Shown here piece after piece: positions 29,549 through 36,952 of a DNA stretch of 64,000 nucleotides; within the stretch, counting starts at the first letter, position 1; each line of letters begins with the position of its first letter. The stretch comes from an uncultured Actinomycetota bacterium (lineage in GTDB: Bacteria > Actinomycetota > Thermoleophilia > RBG-16-64-13). Where the stretch lies: assembly GCA_963783835.1 (NCBI GenBank), contig CAWAOX010000011.1:1859-65858 (forward strand), in the 5' to 3' direction. The notes beneath the pieces are model-generated. The model was not told the origin of the DNA. It was given only the letters and a program-made list of their open reading frames with translations, and ran no database searches. A program made the position numbers and the translations under genes.

Positions 29549-30625
29549 CTACTCCGATGTAGCTATGATCTCCTCGACTGCGGCAAGATCGGCCGGGCAA
29601 TGGATGATCGGGCGGGACTGGTCGATGGCGGTCTGCGGATCTTTGAGGCCGTGGCCGGTCAGCACGCACACCAGGGTGTCGCCCTTCGGGAGCCCGTTGG
29701 AACCATATTTGAGAAGTCCGGCGACGCTGGCCGCGGAGGCCGGCTCGCAGAACACGCCCTCTTTCTGGGCAAGCAGCCGCTGGGCCGCCAGGATCTCCTC
29801 GTCGGTCACATCGCGAATGACGCCGCCCGAGTCGTTGGCCGCGGCGAGGGCTTCGTCGCCCCGCGCCGGGTTGCCGATGCGGATGGCCGTGGCGATGGTC
29901 TCCGGCTTCTCCACGACGTGGCCGCACACCAGGGGGTTCGCACCTTCCGCCTGGAATCCCCAGACCACAGGCAGTCTACCCGCGAGCCCCCGGTCCTTGT
30001 ATTCGCGGAACCCCTTCCAGTACGAGGTGATGTTGCCGGCGTTGCCGACGGGGATGGACAGCATCGCGGGCGCGTCGCCCAGGGTGTCGACGATCTCGAA
30101 CGCCGCCGTCTTCTGCCCTTCGATGCGATAGGGGTTGAGCGAGTTGACGAGCGTGATCCGCTGCCGTTGGGAGAGTTCTTTGACGTACTCGAGCGCCAGG
30201 TCGAAGTTGCCCTCGATGGCGATAGCGACTGCGCCGTGCATCAGGGCCTGCGAGAGCTTGCCCATGGCGATCTTGCCCTCGGGGATAAGCACCACGCAGC
30301 GCAGCCCGGCTCGCGCGGCGTAGGCAGCCGCGGATGCGGAGGTATTGCCGGTGGAGGCGCAGATGACCGCGGTCGCCTCTTCTTCCAGGGCCTTGGTGAT
30401 GGCCATCGTCATCCCCCGGTCTTTGAACGAGCCGGTGGGATTGGCCGCCTCATATTTGAGGAACACTTCGCAGCCGAGCTCGCCGCTGAGCCACCTGGCA
30501 GGGACCAGCGGCGTGCTTCCCTCTCCCAGCGTCGCCGGGACGGTATCCGGCTTGAGCGGGAGGAACTCCCGATAGCGCTCGATAACGCCGAACGGCGCCG
30601 CCGCGAGAGCGCCGGCGGCTCTCAC
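29549..30625 (-). CDS. thrC: threonine synthase
   Basis: PLP site NPTGSFKDRG. The start is set to GTG at 30625, which overlaps the hom stop (GTGA); the track start at 30661 is a TTG inside hom. Confidence 0.94.
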   Translation of the reverse strand: MRAAGALAAAPFGVIERYREFLPLKPDTVPATLGEGSTPLVPARWLSGELGCEVFLKYEAANPTGSFKDRGMTMAITKALEEEATAVICASTGNTSASAAAYAARAGLRCVVLIPEGKIAMGKLSQALMHGAVAIAIEGNFDLALEYVKELSQRQRITLVNSLNPYRIEGQKTAAFEIVDTLGDAPAMLSIPVGNAGNITSYWKGFREYKDRGLAGRLPVVWGFQAEGANPLVCGHVVEKPETIATAIRIGNPARGDEALAAANDSGGVIRDVTDEEILAAQRLLAQKEGVFCEPASAASVAGLLKYGSNGLPKGDTLVCVLTGHGLKDPQTAIDQSRPIIHCPADLAAVEEIIATSE

Positions 30626-31899
30626 AGCACCCTCAGACTCATAGGCTCGCTTCTGCAGCAACTCAGCGCATTCGCCTCCCGGATGGCAGCGAAGAAGTTC
30701 TTTTCTTTGGTCGGGTGCGTGATCAACACCAACTCCGCCTCCGCGCCTCTGCCCTTCTGGATCATGCTCGCTATGGAGACCCCATGTCCGCCGAGCACCG
30801 AAGCGATGCGGGCCAACACTCCCGATACGTCCTCCACGTTCATCTTAATAAAGAACGCGGACTCCATCTCATCGGCCGGGTAGAACCCGATCTCCCGATA
30901 GCACGAGCAACTCTGCAGGAAGCCTACGTCCTTCGTGTTGGCGATCGACACGATGTCGCTGACCACCGCGGTCGCGGTCGGCACCCCTCCCGCGCCCGGA
31001 CCCATCAGCATGATCTCCCCGATCTCGTCTCCCCGAAGGAACACCGCGTTGTTGGAGCCGTTTATGGCGGCCAGCGGATGATCCACCGGCACAAGGGCGG
31101 GGAACACACGCACGCTGACTCTGCCTTCGATGAGCCGGGCCGCCCCGATGAGCTTGACGGCGAAACCAAGATCCTTGGCGTACCGGACGTCGTCCAGACT
31201 CACATTCTCTATACCCTCGTAGGCAACATCTGCAAGCCGTACCCGAGAGTGGAAGGCGATCGACCCGAGGATGGCCATCTTGGCGGCGGCGTCGGCCCCG
31301 CCGACGTCGGCAGTCGGGTCGGCCTCGGCGTAACCCAGTTCTTGCGCCTTGGCGAGGATGTCGGCGTAGTCGCCCTCGTTGTTGTGCATCCGGGTGAGGA
31401 TGTAGTTGGTGGTGCCGTTGACGATGCCATAGACAGTCTTGAGACCCGCCGCGATCATGCTCTCGCGCATGACCTTGATGATCGGGATGGCGCCGGCGAC
31501 CGCGGCCTCGAAGCGCAGATGCCGCTGCTCCTCTCGGGCCAGGGTGAAGAGGGCCTCGCCTCGGGTGGCAAGCAATTGTTTGTTGGCGGTCACCACGTTC
31601 TTGCCCTTGCGCATAGCCGCGTCGAGGAAGTCGAACGCCGCGCCCGTCCCGCCGATCACCTCGACCACGATATCAATGGAGGGGTCGTCCGCGATCTCAT
31701 TGAAGTGGGTGGTGAACAGGCCGTCAGGGAGGTCGCCCGGCTTCTTACTGGGATCGATCTCGAGCACCCTGGCCACCTGGAGGTCTACCCCGGTGCCCTC
31801 CAGGATCTGGTCGTGCTCTTTCTGGATCAGCCGGTATACGCTCGAACCGATCGTGCCGAATCCCAGCAGACCTATCCGCACGACCCTATCCCGGCTCAT
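30622..31899 (-). CDS. hom: homoserine dehydrogenase
   Basis: Rossmann motif IGLLGFGTIGSSV, a central catalytic domain and a C-terminal ACT-like domain. The ATG overlaps the lysA stop (ATGA). Confidence 0.95.
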   Translation of the reverse strand: MSRDRVVRIGLLGFGTIGSSVYRLIQKEHDQILEGTGVDLQVARVLEIDPSKKPGDLPDGLFTTHFNEIADDPSIDIVVEVIGGTGAAFDFLDAAMRKGKNVVTANKQLLATRGEALFTLAREEQRHLRFEAAVAGAIPIIKVMRESMIAAGLKTVYGIVNGTTNYILTRMHNNEGDYADILAKAQELGYAEADPTADVGGADAAAKMAILGSIAFHSRVRLADVAYEGIENVSLDDVRYAKDLGFAVKLIGAARLIEGRVSVRVFPALVPVDHPLAAINGSNNAVFLRGDEIGEIMLMGPGAGGVPTATAVVSDIVSIANTKDVGFLQSCSCYREIGFYPADEMESAFFIKMNVEDVSGVLARIASVLGGHGVSIASMIQKGRGAEAELVLITHPTKEKNFFAAIREANALSCCRSEPMSLRVL

Positions 31900-33237
31900 G
31901 CTCTCCCTCGACTTTCACTATCGTGCAGCGAACGGTGTTTGACGACCAGGTCAGCGTACGTCTCGCGCTCGACGATCACCCGGGCCCGCCCATCGCGGAC
32001 CAGGATGACCGCGGGGCGCGGGCTGCCGTTGTAGTTCGACGACATGGCGAAGCAATACGCACCGGTGGCCGGCATCACGAGAATATCTCCCGGCTCTGGC
32101 CGGGCAAGGATGGCGTCCCGGATGAGGATGTCTCCGCTCTCGCAATGCTTACCGGCCACCGTGACTCTGGTATCGGCAGCAACGCCAGCTTTGTTAGCCA
32201 GCATACCCTCGTAGAGCGCGTCGTACAGCATGGGACGGATATTGTCGCTCATGCCGCCATCGACGCTCACGTATGTGCGCACCCCTGGGATCTCCTTGAT
32301 GGTGCCCACGGTGTACACCGTGATGCCCGCCTTACCCACGATGGAGCGCCCCGGTTCGATGAGCACCCGCGGCATCGCCAGTCCCCGGGCCGCCATCTCT
32401 TCCCTCACGCCCTCCACCTTGACGGCCGCGTAGTCGCCGATGGACGACGGGGTGTCTTCCTCGGTGTACCGGATGCCCAGTCCGCCTCCGACGTTCAGAT
32501 AGCGGCACTCGAACCCCAGGCTCTCGTTCGCCTGCGCGATGAGGCCCACCAGGATGTCGATGGCCTTGCGAAAGCCCTCCAGTTCAAAGATCTGGCTGCC
32601 AATGTGGGCGTGCAGACCGATGAGTTCGAGGTGAGGGGCAGCCATCGCCCGCCGGATCGCCTCCATCGCCACCCCATCCTCCAAGCCGAATCCGAACTTG
32701 GAGTCGACCTGCCCTGTCTGGATGTAGGAATGGGTGTGGGCCTCGATGCCCGGCGTTATGCGTAGAAGCACCTTCTGGCGCCCACTTCGCGCTGCCACCA
32801 GTTCCTCCAGGAGACCCAGTTCCTGGAAGCTGTCGACCACCACGAAGCCAACGCCGCCCGAGAGGGCGTACTCGAGCTCTTCCCGGGTCTTGTTGTTGCC
32901 GTGGAAGAAGATCTTCTCGGGCGGGAAGCCGGCCACCTTGGCCACGTGATACTCGCCGCCCGAGGACACGTCGATCGACAGGCCCTCCTCGAGCACCAGT
33001 TGGGCTATCGCTACGGCCGAAAGCGCCTTGCTGGCGTAGATGATCTCGAAATCCTGGGTATGTTGCCCGAAGGCGGCCATGTAACGGCGTGCACTGATCG
33101 CGGACGGATCTCTCCTCGTAGACGAGCAGCGGCGTGCCGAACGTGGCGGCTAATTCGACGACGTCGCAGCCGTCGATCTCGAGATGCCCAGCGGCGTTGT
33201 GGGACGCGGTGATGGGATAGACGAGCGTGTGGGTCAA
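31896..33237 (-). pseudogene. lysA: diaminopimelate decarboxylase with a frameshift near 33109..33117 (pseudogene or indel error)
   Basis: The N-terminus MTHTLVYPITASHNAAGHLEIDGCDVVELAATFGTPLLVYEE lies in the frame of ORF 32584..33237. The protein continues in the frame of ORF 31896..33080 as DPSAISARRYMAAFGQHTQDFEIIYASKALS. The remainder is a complete LysA (GGGLGIRY, CESGD). Confidence 0.88.
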
Positions 33238-33450
33238 GACAGCCTCCAGACAGGAAACATGGGTACGTTACCACAGAGGCTACTGGAGAACGACGCCTCG
33301 CAGCGGGAGCGCAATGGGCGAGTGCGAGGGAAGGACGCAGGGAGCGTGAATAGCAGCGCTATTGGCGCGACTGAGGACACACTCTAGCGCCGTCCAGTGC
33401 GTTCCGGCGGCCGGGGCTTCGTTCTTCATTAGCCTGCAAAAAGAGCGGGC

Positions 33451-33459
33451 TGGTAGAAT
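33451..33459 (+). promoter_or_regulatory. extended -10 element TGGTAGAAT; transcript predicted to have almost no leader
   Basis: TGGTAGAAT ends 11 nt before the ATG at 33471, and no Shine-Dalgarno sequence lies between them. Confidence 0.45.
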
Positions 33460-33470
33460 GGACATCCAGC

Positions 33471-33827
33471 ATGACCGAAAAGCCGTCCATCTTCTCCTAT
33501 TACCGGGGCAGCAAAGAACCCAGTTTCGCCACCCGGACAGAGCTCGAAGCGGCCAAGCTGTTCGACTACCACCGCATCGCCTGGGAGTACGAGCCACGCA
33601 CGTTCATCTTGGAACAGGACGATCGGGGGAACATCCTCGAAGCGTTCACCCCCGACTTCTATCTGCCCGACCTCGAGCTGTTCATCGAGGTGACCGAGAT
33701 GAAACAGTCCCTCGTCACAGCAAAGAACCGCAAGGTCCGCAAGCTGAGGGAGAAATTCCCGGAGGTGCGCGTCAAGCTCCTCTACCGCAAAGACTTCGTC
33801 CGGATGGCCCAGAAATACGGCTTGTGA
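33471..33827 (+). CDS. small PD-(D/E)xK nuclease-fold-like protein (TnsA/Vsr-like core), function unknown
   Basis: 118 aa. ELEAAKLFD ... FTPDFYLPDLELFIEVTEMK fits an E ... PD ... E-x-K arrangement. The coding call is more certain than the fold call. Confidence 0.55.
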   Translation: MTEKPSIFSYYRGSKEPSFATRTELEAAKLFDYHRIAWEYEPRTFILEQDDRGNILEAFTPDFYLPDLELFIEVTEMKQSLVTAKNRKVRKLREKFPEVRVKLLYRKDFVRMAQKYGL

Positions 33828-33834
33828 GACCCTG

Positions 33835-34407
33835 ATGGAACCGCGTGCACCCGGCAGTCCCGAGATAGGCCCGATCTTCCTGGATGCGGACGCCATCTCC
33901 GCCCGGGTCGCAGAGTTGGGGGCCGAGATAAGCCGCGACTACCAGGGCGAGGACATACTTCTGGTGGGCCTGCTCAAGGGCTCGGTCTTCTTCCTTGCCG
34001 ATCTCGCCCGGGCGATCGACCTCCCGCTGGAGATCGACTTCCTCAGCCTCAGCTCGTACACCAAGGAGCACGACCAGACCGGCTCCAAAGCCATACGCTT
34101 CCTCAAGGACCTCGACCAGCCGGTCAAGGACAAGAACGTGATCGTCGTGCAGGACATGATCGACTCGGGACTCACGCTCCACTTCATCAATCGCTCGCTC
34201 AGCCTGCGGCGTCCCCGCACCCTCGAGGCCTGCATCCTCTTCGACCGTCCCCAGTTGCGCCTGGTCGATCTCGAAGTCCGCTACCGGGGGTTCGAGGTGC
34301 CGGACGATTTCTTCGTAGGCTACGGGTTCGACTATCAGCAGTTGTTTCGCAATCTCCCCTACGTGGCCTATCTGAAGGCCCACGATCACCAGCCTGCTCT
34401 CTTCTGA
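33835..34407 (+). CDS. hpt: hypoxanthine phosphoribosyltransferase
   Basis: LLVGLLKGSVFFLADL is present, with the PRPP loop VIVVQDMIDSGLT. Confidence 0.95.
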   Translation: MEPRAPGSPEIGPIFLDADAISARVAELGAEISRDYQGEDILLVGLLKGSVFFLADLARAIDLPLEIDFLSLSSYTKEHDQTGSKAIRFLKDLDQPVKDKNVIVVQDMIDSGLTLHFINRSLSLRRPRTLEACILFDRPQLRLVDLEVRYRGFEVPDDFFVGYGFDYQQLFRNLPYVAYLKAHDHQPALF

Positions 34408-34417
34408 GCACGCGGCG

Positions 34418-35219
34418 ATGCGAGCGACCGCCGTCCACCTACGCTCCATCCGGGCCTCAGAGCCGACAGCCGATATCGACCTTGCGGCGACCCTGTACCT
34501 CCCCGATAGAGCCGGACGGTCCTCCCGCCCCCGGGCTGATAGTCGGCCATGGCGCCGGCAGCCGCAGAACTCGCCACGAGGCCTTCTGCCGGGAAGCGTG
34601 CTCCAGTGGATTCGCCGTCCTCGCACTCGACTTCCGCGGCCACGGAGACAGTGGGGGCGCCGCGGACGGGCCGCTGGAGCAGGACATCCTTGCGGCTGCC
34701 GGCTTTCTCCGCGGCCATCCTGCCGTCGAAGGCGCCCACATCTGCTACCGGGGCTCGAGCATGGGCGGCTTCTACGGGCTGAAGGCGGCACCCGAGGCTG
34801 GTCTAACGGCGCTCGCGCTTGTCTGCCCGGCGAGCGAACGGGTGATCCTGGATGCGCTCGACGGAGCCGATGACGACGGGGCATATGCCGTGACACCCGC
34901 AGATAGGGGCGGCGCGACGCAGACCGCCGCCTCGACCCGGTGGGACGTGCCGTGCCTCAGGGCCTACTTCGAGCGGCAGGATAGCCTCGCGCTCGCCGCA
35001 CGGGTGCGGTGCCCGGTGCTACTGGTCCACGCCCGGGCGGACTCCGTGGTCCCGTTTGGGCACTCTCTCACGCTGGCCCGGCACCTGGGCGGCGATGTCA
35101 CTCTCCTTGGCCTGGCCCACGGGACGCACACGACCGCTCAGCACGACCCGGCTATCCACCGGTGGACCGTACGCTGGCTGCTCGACCAGGTCAAGGGCGC
35201 ATGCACTGAACGTACTTGA
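34418..35219 (+). pseudogene. alpha/beta hydrolase (dienelactone hydrolase / S9-like) with a probable frameshift near 34511..34521
   Basis: Track ORF 34482..35219 carries HGAGS, FRGHGDSGG and the nucleophile elbow GSSMGG. The expected N-terminal strands (VHLRSIRASEPTADIDLAATLYLPDRAG) are encoded from ATG 34418 in the -1 neighbouring frame and run into PPAPGLIVGHG. Alternatively the gene simply starts at TTG 34482. Confidence 0.6.
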
Positions 35220-35499
35220 AGAACACGTCGAAGGCCTTCTCCAGCGCGACCGGATCGAGCCGGGCACCGGTCTCGTCCTCGAGGCAATCCTTCATGTGAT
35301 GGCTGATGAGATGGGTGCCCACCCTATCAAGCGCGGACTTGACAGCTGCCAGTTGCGCGAGGATGTCCTCGCAGTCCTTGCCTTGCTCGATCATCCGCTG
35401 CAGGCCCCGCACCTGGCCCTCGATGCGGGCCAGACGGTTGAGTACGCGCGCGTCGTCCTTGCCCATGGCCCGCTTCGCGTCTGCTGCGTCAGATGACAT
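35191..35499 (-). CDS. csoR: CsoR/RcnR-family metal-sensing repressor (x-C-H-C fingerprint, Cu(I)-sensor type)
   Basis: 102 aa with RLARIEGQVRGLQRMIE, KDCEDIL and HHMKDC. The ATG at 35499 is preceded by AAGGAGGG. The upstream part of the track ORF crosses the tRNA gene. Confidence 0.85.
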   Translation of the reverse strand: MSSDAADAKRAMGKDDARVLNRLARIEGQVRGLQRMIEQGKDCEDILAQLAAVKSALDRVGTHLISHHMKDCLEDETGARLDPVALEKAFDVFFKYVQCMRP

Positions 35500-35617
35500 T
35501 CGACCCTCCTTAGCCCTGGGAGCGTTCTCGCCCCTGGTGCGATGATACTCACGGGGGTACCGGGGAAGCAAGGGACGGAGAGCAAGAGGAGAACAGACAG
35601 CCCTTGTGAGGGGAAGA

Positions 35618-35693
35618 TGGAGCGGAGTACGGGGGTCGAACCCGCGACATCCAGCTTGGGAAGCTGGCACTCTACCAACTGAGTTAACTCCGC
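35618..35693 (-). tRNA. tRNA-Gly (anticodon CCC), CCA end encoded
   Basis: GCGGAGTTAACTCAGTTGGTAGAGTGCCAGCTTCCCAAGCTGGATGTCGCGGGTTCGACCCCCGTACTCCGCTCCA folds as a cloverleaf by hand. It has a 7-bp acceptor stem, anticodon loop TTCCCAA, T-loop TTCGACC and discriminator U73. Confidence 0.96.
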
Positions 35694-35720
35694 CCGGCTA
35701 GAGACCCACTGGGAGCGCAG

Positions 35721-35729
35721 ATTCTACCA
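35721..35729 (-). promoter_or_regulatory. candidate extended -10 (TGGTAGAAT) for tRNA-Gly
   Basis: The minus strand reads TGGTAGAAT, and the hexamer ends 27 nt upstream of the mature tRNA 5' end. The 9-mer is identical to the one at 33451..33459. Confidence 0.35.
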
Positions 35730-35868
35730 CAACCCGCGCTTCGGCTGCCCCGCCCGAGGGTCTTGGGCCAGGCCGGCGGACGACCAGTACGCCGCAAGCG
35801 GACGGCGTTTCCGCTGCGGGTACTCGCTACCAGCGATATCTTTCCCCTGCAAAGAGACTCCCAGGGGG

Positions 35869-35896
35869 TTGACTGCCCCGCTAACCCGAGTACAAT
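35869..35896 (+). promoter_or_regulatory. strong sigma-70-type promoter with no protein gene downstream
   Basis: TTGACT - 16 nt - TACAAT. Confidence 0.6.
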
Positions 35897-35901
35897 ACTG
35901 T

Positions 35902-36058
35902 ACAGAGTCCCGAGAGTTCAGACGCAGCATCTGAGGAGCTTACAAGGGGACCCGTGGAGGAAACGCGAAGGCAAATGATCGCGGAGTACAGCGAAGCGGG
36001 AACGAAGTAAGAGCCGTTGAAAGATGAAAAGCGAGTTCACTCGGGGCTCGCTTTTTTT
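35902..36058 (+). ncRNA. candidate small RNA (about 150 nt), family not recognised
   Basis: The unit is bounded by the promoter at 35869..35896 and by a hairpin plus T7 run at 36027..36058. The 5' segment GAGUCCCGAG (35905..35914) is complementary to CUCGGGGCUC (36040..36049). No credible ORF is present, and the next gene (mutM) is on the opposite strand. Confidence 0.45.
36027..36058. terminator. intrinsic terminator, usable in both directions (sRNA candidate on +, mutM on -)
   Basis: AAAAGCGAG - loop - CTCGC followed by TTTTTTT on the plus strand. The reverse strand has the same stem followed by TTTT. It lies about 32 nt beyond the mutM stop. Confidence 0.6.
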
Positions 36059-36090
36059 GTTGCCTGCCACGCGTCATCGCCGCCGCCTTC

Positions 36091-36939
36091 TCACCTCTGG
36101 CAGTCGGGACAGTAGGCGGTGCCTCTCCCCCCGACCACCGCACGTACCATGATGCCCCCGCAACGCCGGCACTCAAGCCCTTGCCTGCCATACGCCTGCA
36201 GCCAGTCCTGGAAGCTCCCCGCCCGCCCCTCGGTGTCGACGAAGTCGGACAGCGTGCAGCCGAGCAGCCGCACTCCCTCCGACAGTCTGGTACGGATCTC
36301 GGCGGCCAGGCAGCAGACCTGTTCCTCAACGAGAGAGCCGGCAGCGCGCAGCGGCGAGAGCGCCGTCCACCACAGAATCTCGTCGGCATAGATGTTCCCT
36401 ATGCCGGACAGGTGCCTCTGGTCGAGTAGGAACGCCTTGAGCGGGGCAGAGCGGCCTCGCAGGCGGCTTTCGAGATATGCCGCGTCCCACTCCCCTCGCC
36501 ACGCGTCGGGACCGAGCAGAGCCAGCCGGGGAGCCGGGCCGCGCGCAGTCAGGTGCAGCCGGCCGAACTTCCGCATGTCTCGGAACTCGAGACTGACCTC
36601 CCGGCCGGTGGCCTCGCCCAGGCCGGTGCCGTCAGGCGCGCCGCCCAGGCGAAAGACGAAGCGCGTGTGCCCCCCGCCCTCCTCCGGGTCTATCAGCAAC
36701 TGCCCGGTCATGCCAAGATGAAGCGTAAGGAATAGATCGCCGTCCAGCGCGACGATGAGGAACTTGCCCAGCCGCTCCACCCGCTCGACGCGGTGACCCG
36801 GCAACGAGGAGAGCACGTCCTCCGGGCCGCAATCCCGGAGCATGAAGGGCTCGACCTGCTCGACCGAGATAAAAGTCAGGCCTTCCAGGCCGGCAGCAAG
36901 CTGGCCCCTGACGGTCTCGACTTCGGGCAGTTCGGGCAC
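36091..36939 (-). CDS. mutM: formamidopyrimidine-DNA glycosylase
   Basis: N-terminal PELPEVETVR and the C-terminal zinc finger CRRCGG ... CPDCQR. Confidence 0.95.
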   Translation of the reverse strand: MPELPEVETVRGQLAAGLEGLTFISVEQVEPFMLRDCGPEDVLSSLPGHRVERVERLGKFLIVALDGDLFLTLHLGMTGQLLIDPEEGGGHTRFVFRLGGAPDGTGLGEATGREVSLEFRDMRKFGRLHLTARGPAPRLALLGPDAWRGEWDAAYLESRLRGRSAPLKAFLLDQRHLSGIGNIYADEILWWTALSPLRAAGSLVEEQVCCLAAEIRTRLSEGVRLLGCTLSDFVDTEGRAGSFQDWLQAYGRQGLECRRCGGIMVRAVVGGRGTAYCPDCQR

Positions 36940-36952
36940 GGTTGATCGGCCG

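Noticed and set aside
33238-33470. Possible lysine riboswitch (L-box) in the 230-nt region upstream of lysA.
   Set aside because: Neither strand shows the conserved L-box blocks I know (GAGGCGC ... GAGUA ... CUGAAAGG ... GCCGAAG ... GUGGAGAGC). Part of the region is explained by the divergent promoter at 33451..33459.
35191-35219. 29-nt convergent overlap between the hydrolase and csoR 3' ends as a sign of a mis-called gene, and csoR as a formaldehyde sensor linked to the HPS gene.
   Set aside because: Both C-termini look normal for their families. The x-C-H-C fingerprint points to a Cu(I)-type CsoR rather than FrmR. The HPS fusion is 16 kb away. There is no evidence for either idea.
35763-35978. 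71-aa ORF, and the 11-codon ORF at 35975..36010, within the sRNA candidate region.
   Set aside because: The 71-aa ORF spans the promoter itself and has no ribosome-binding site. The 11-codon ORF has only a weak AAGG upstream and no recognisable leader-peptide logic. Neither is supportable as a gene.
35618-36090. Genomic island or integrative element inserted at tRNA-Gly.
   Set aside because: There is no integrase, no direct repeat of the tRNA 3' end and no change in composition. The flanking genes are housekeeping.
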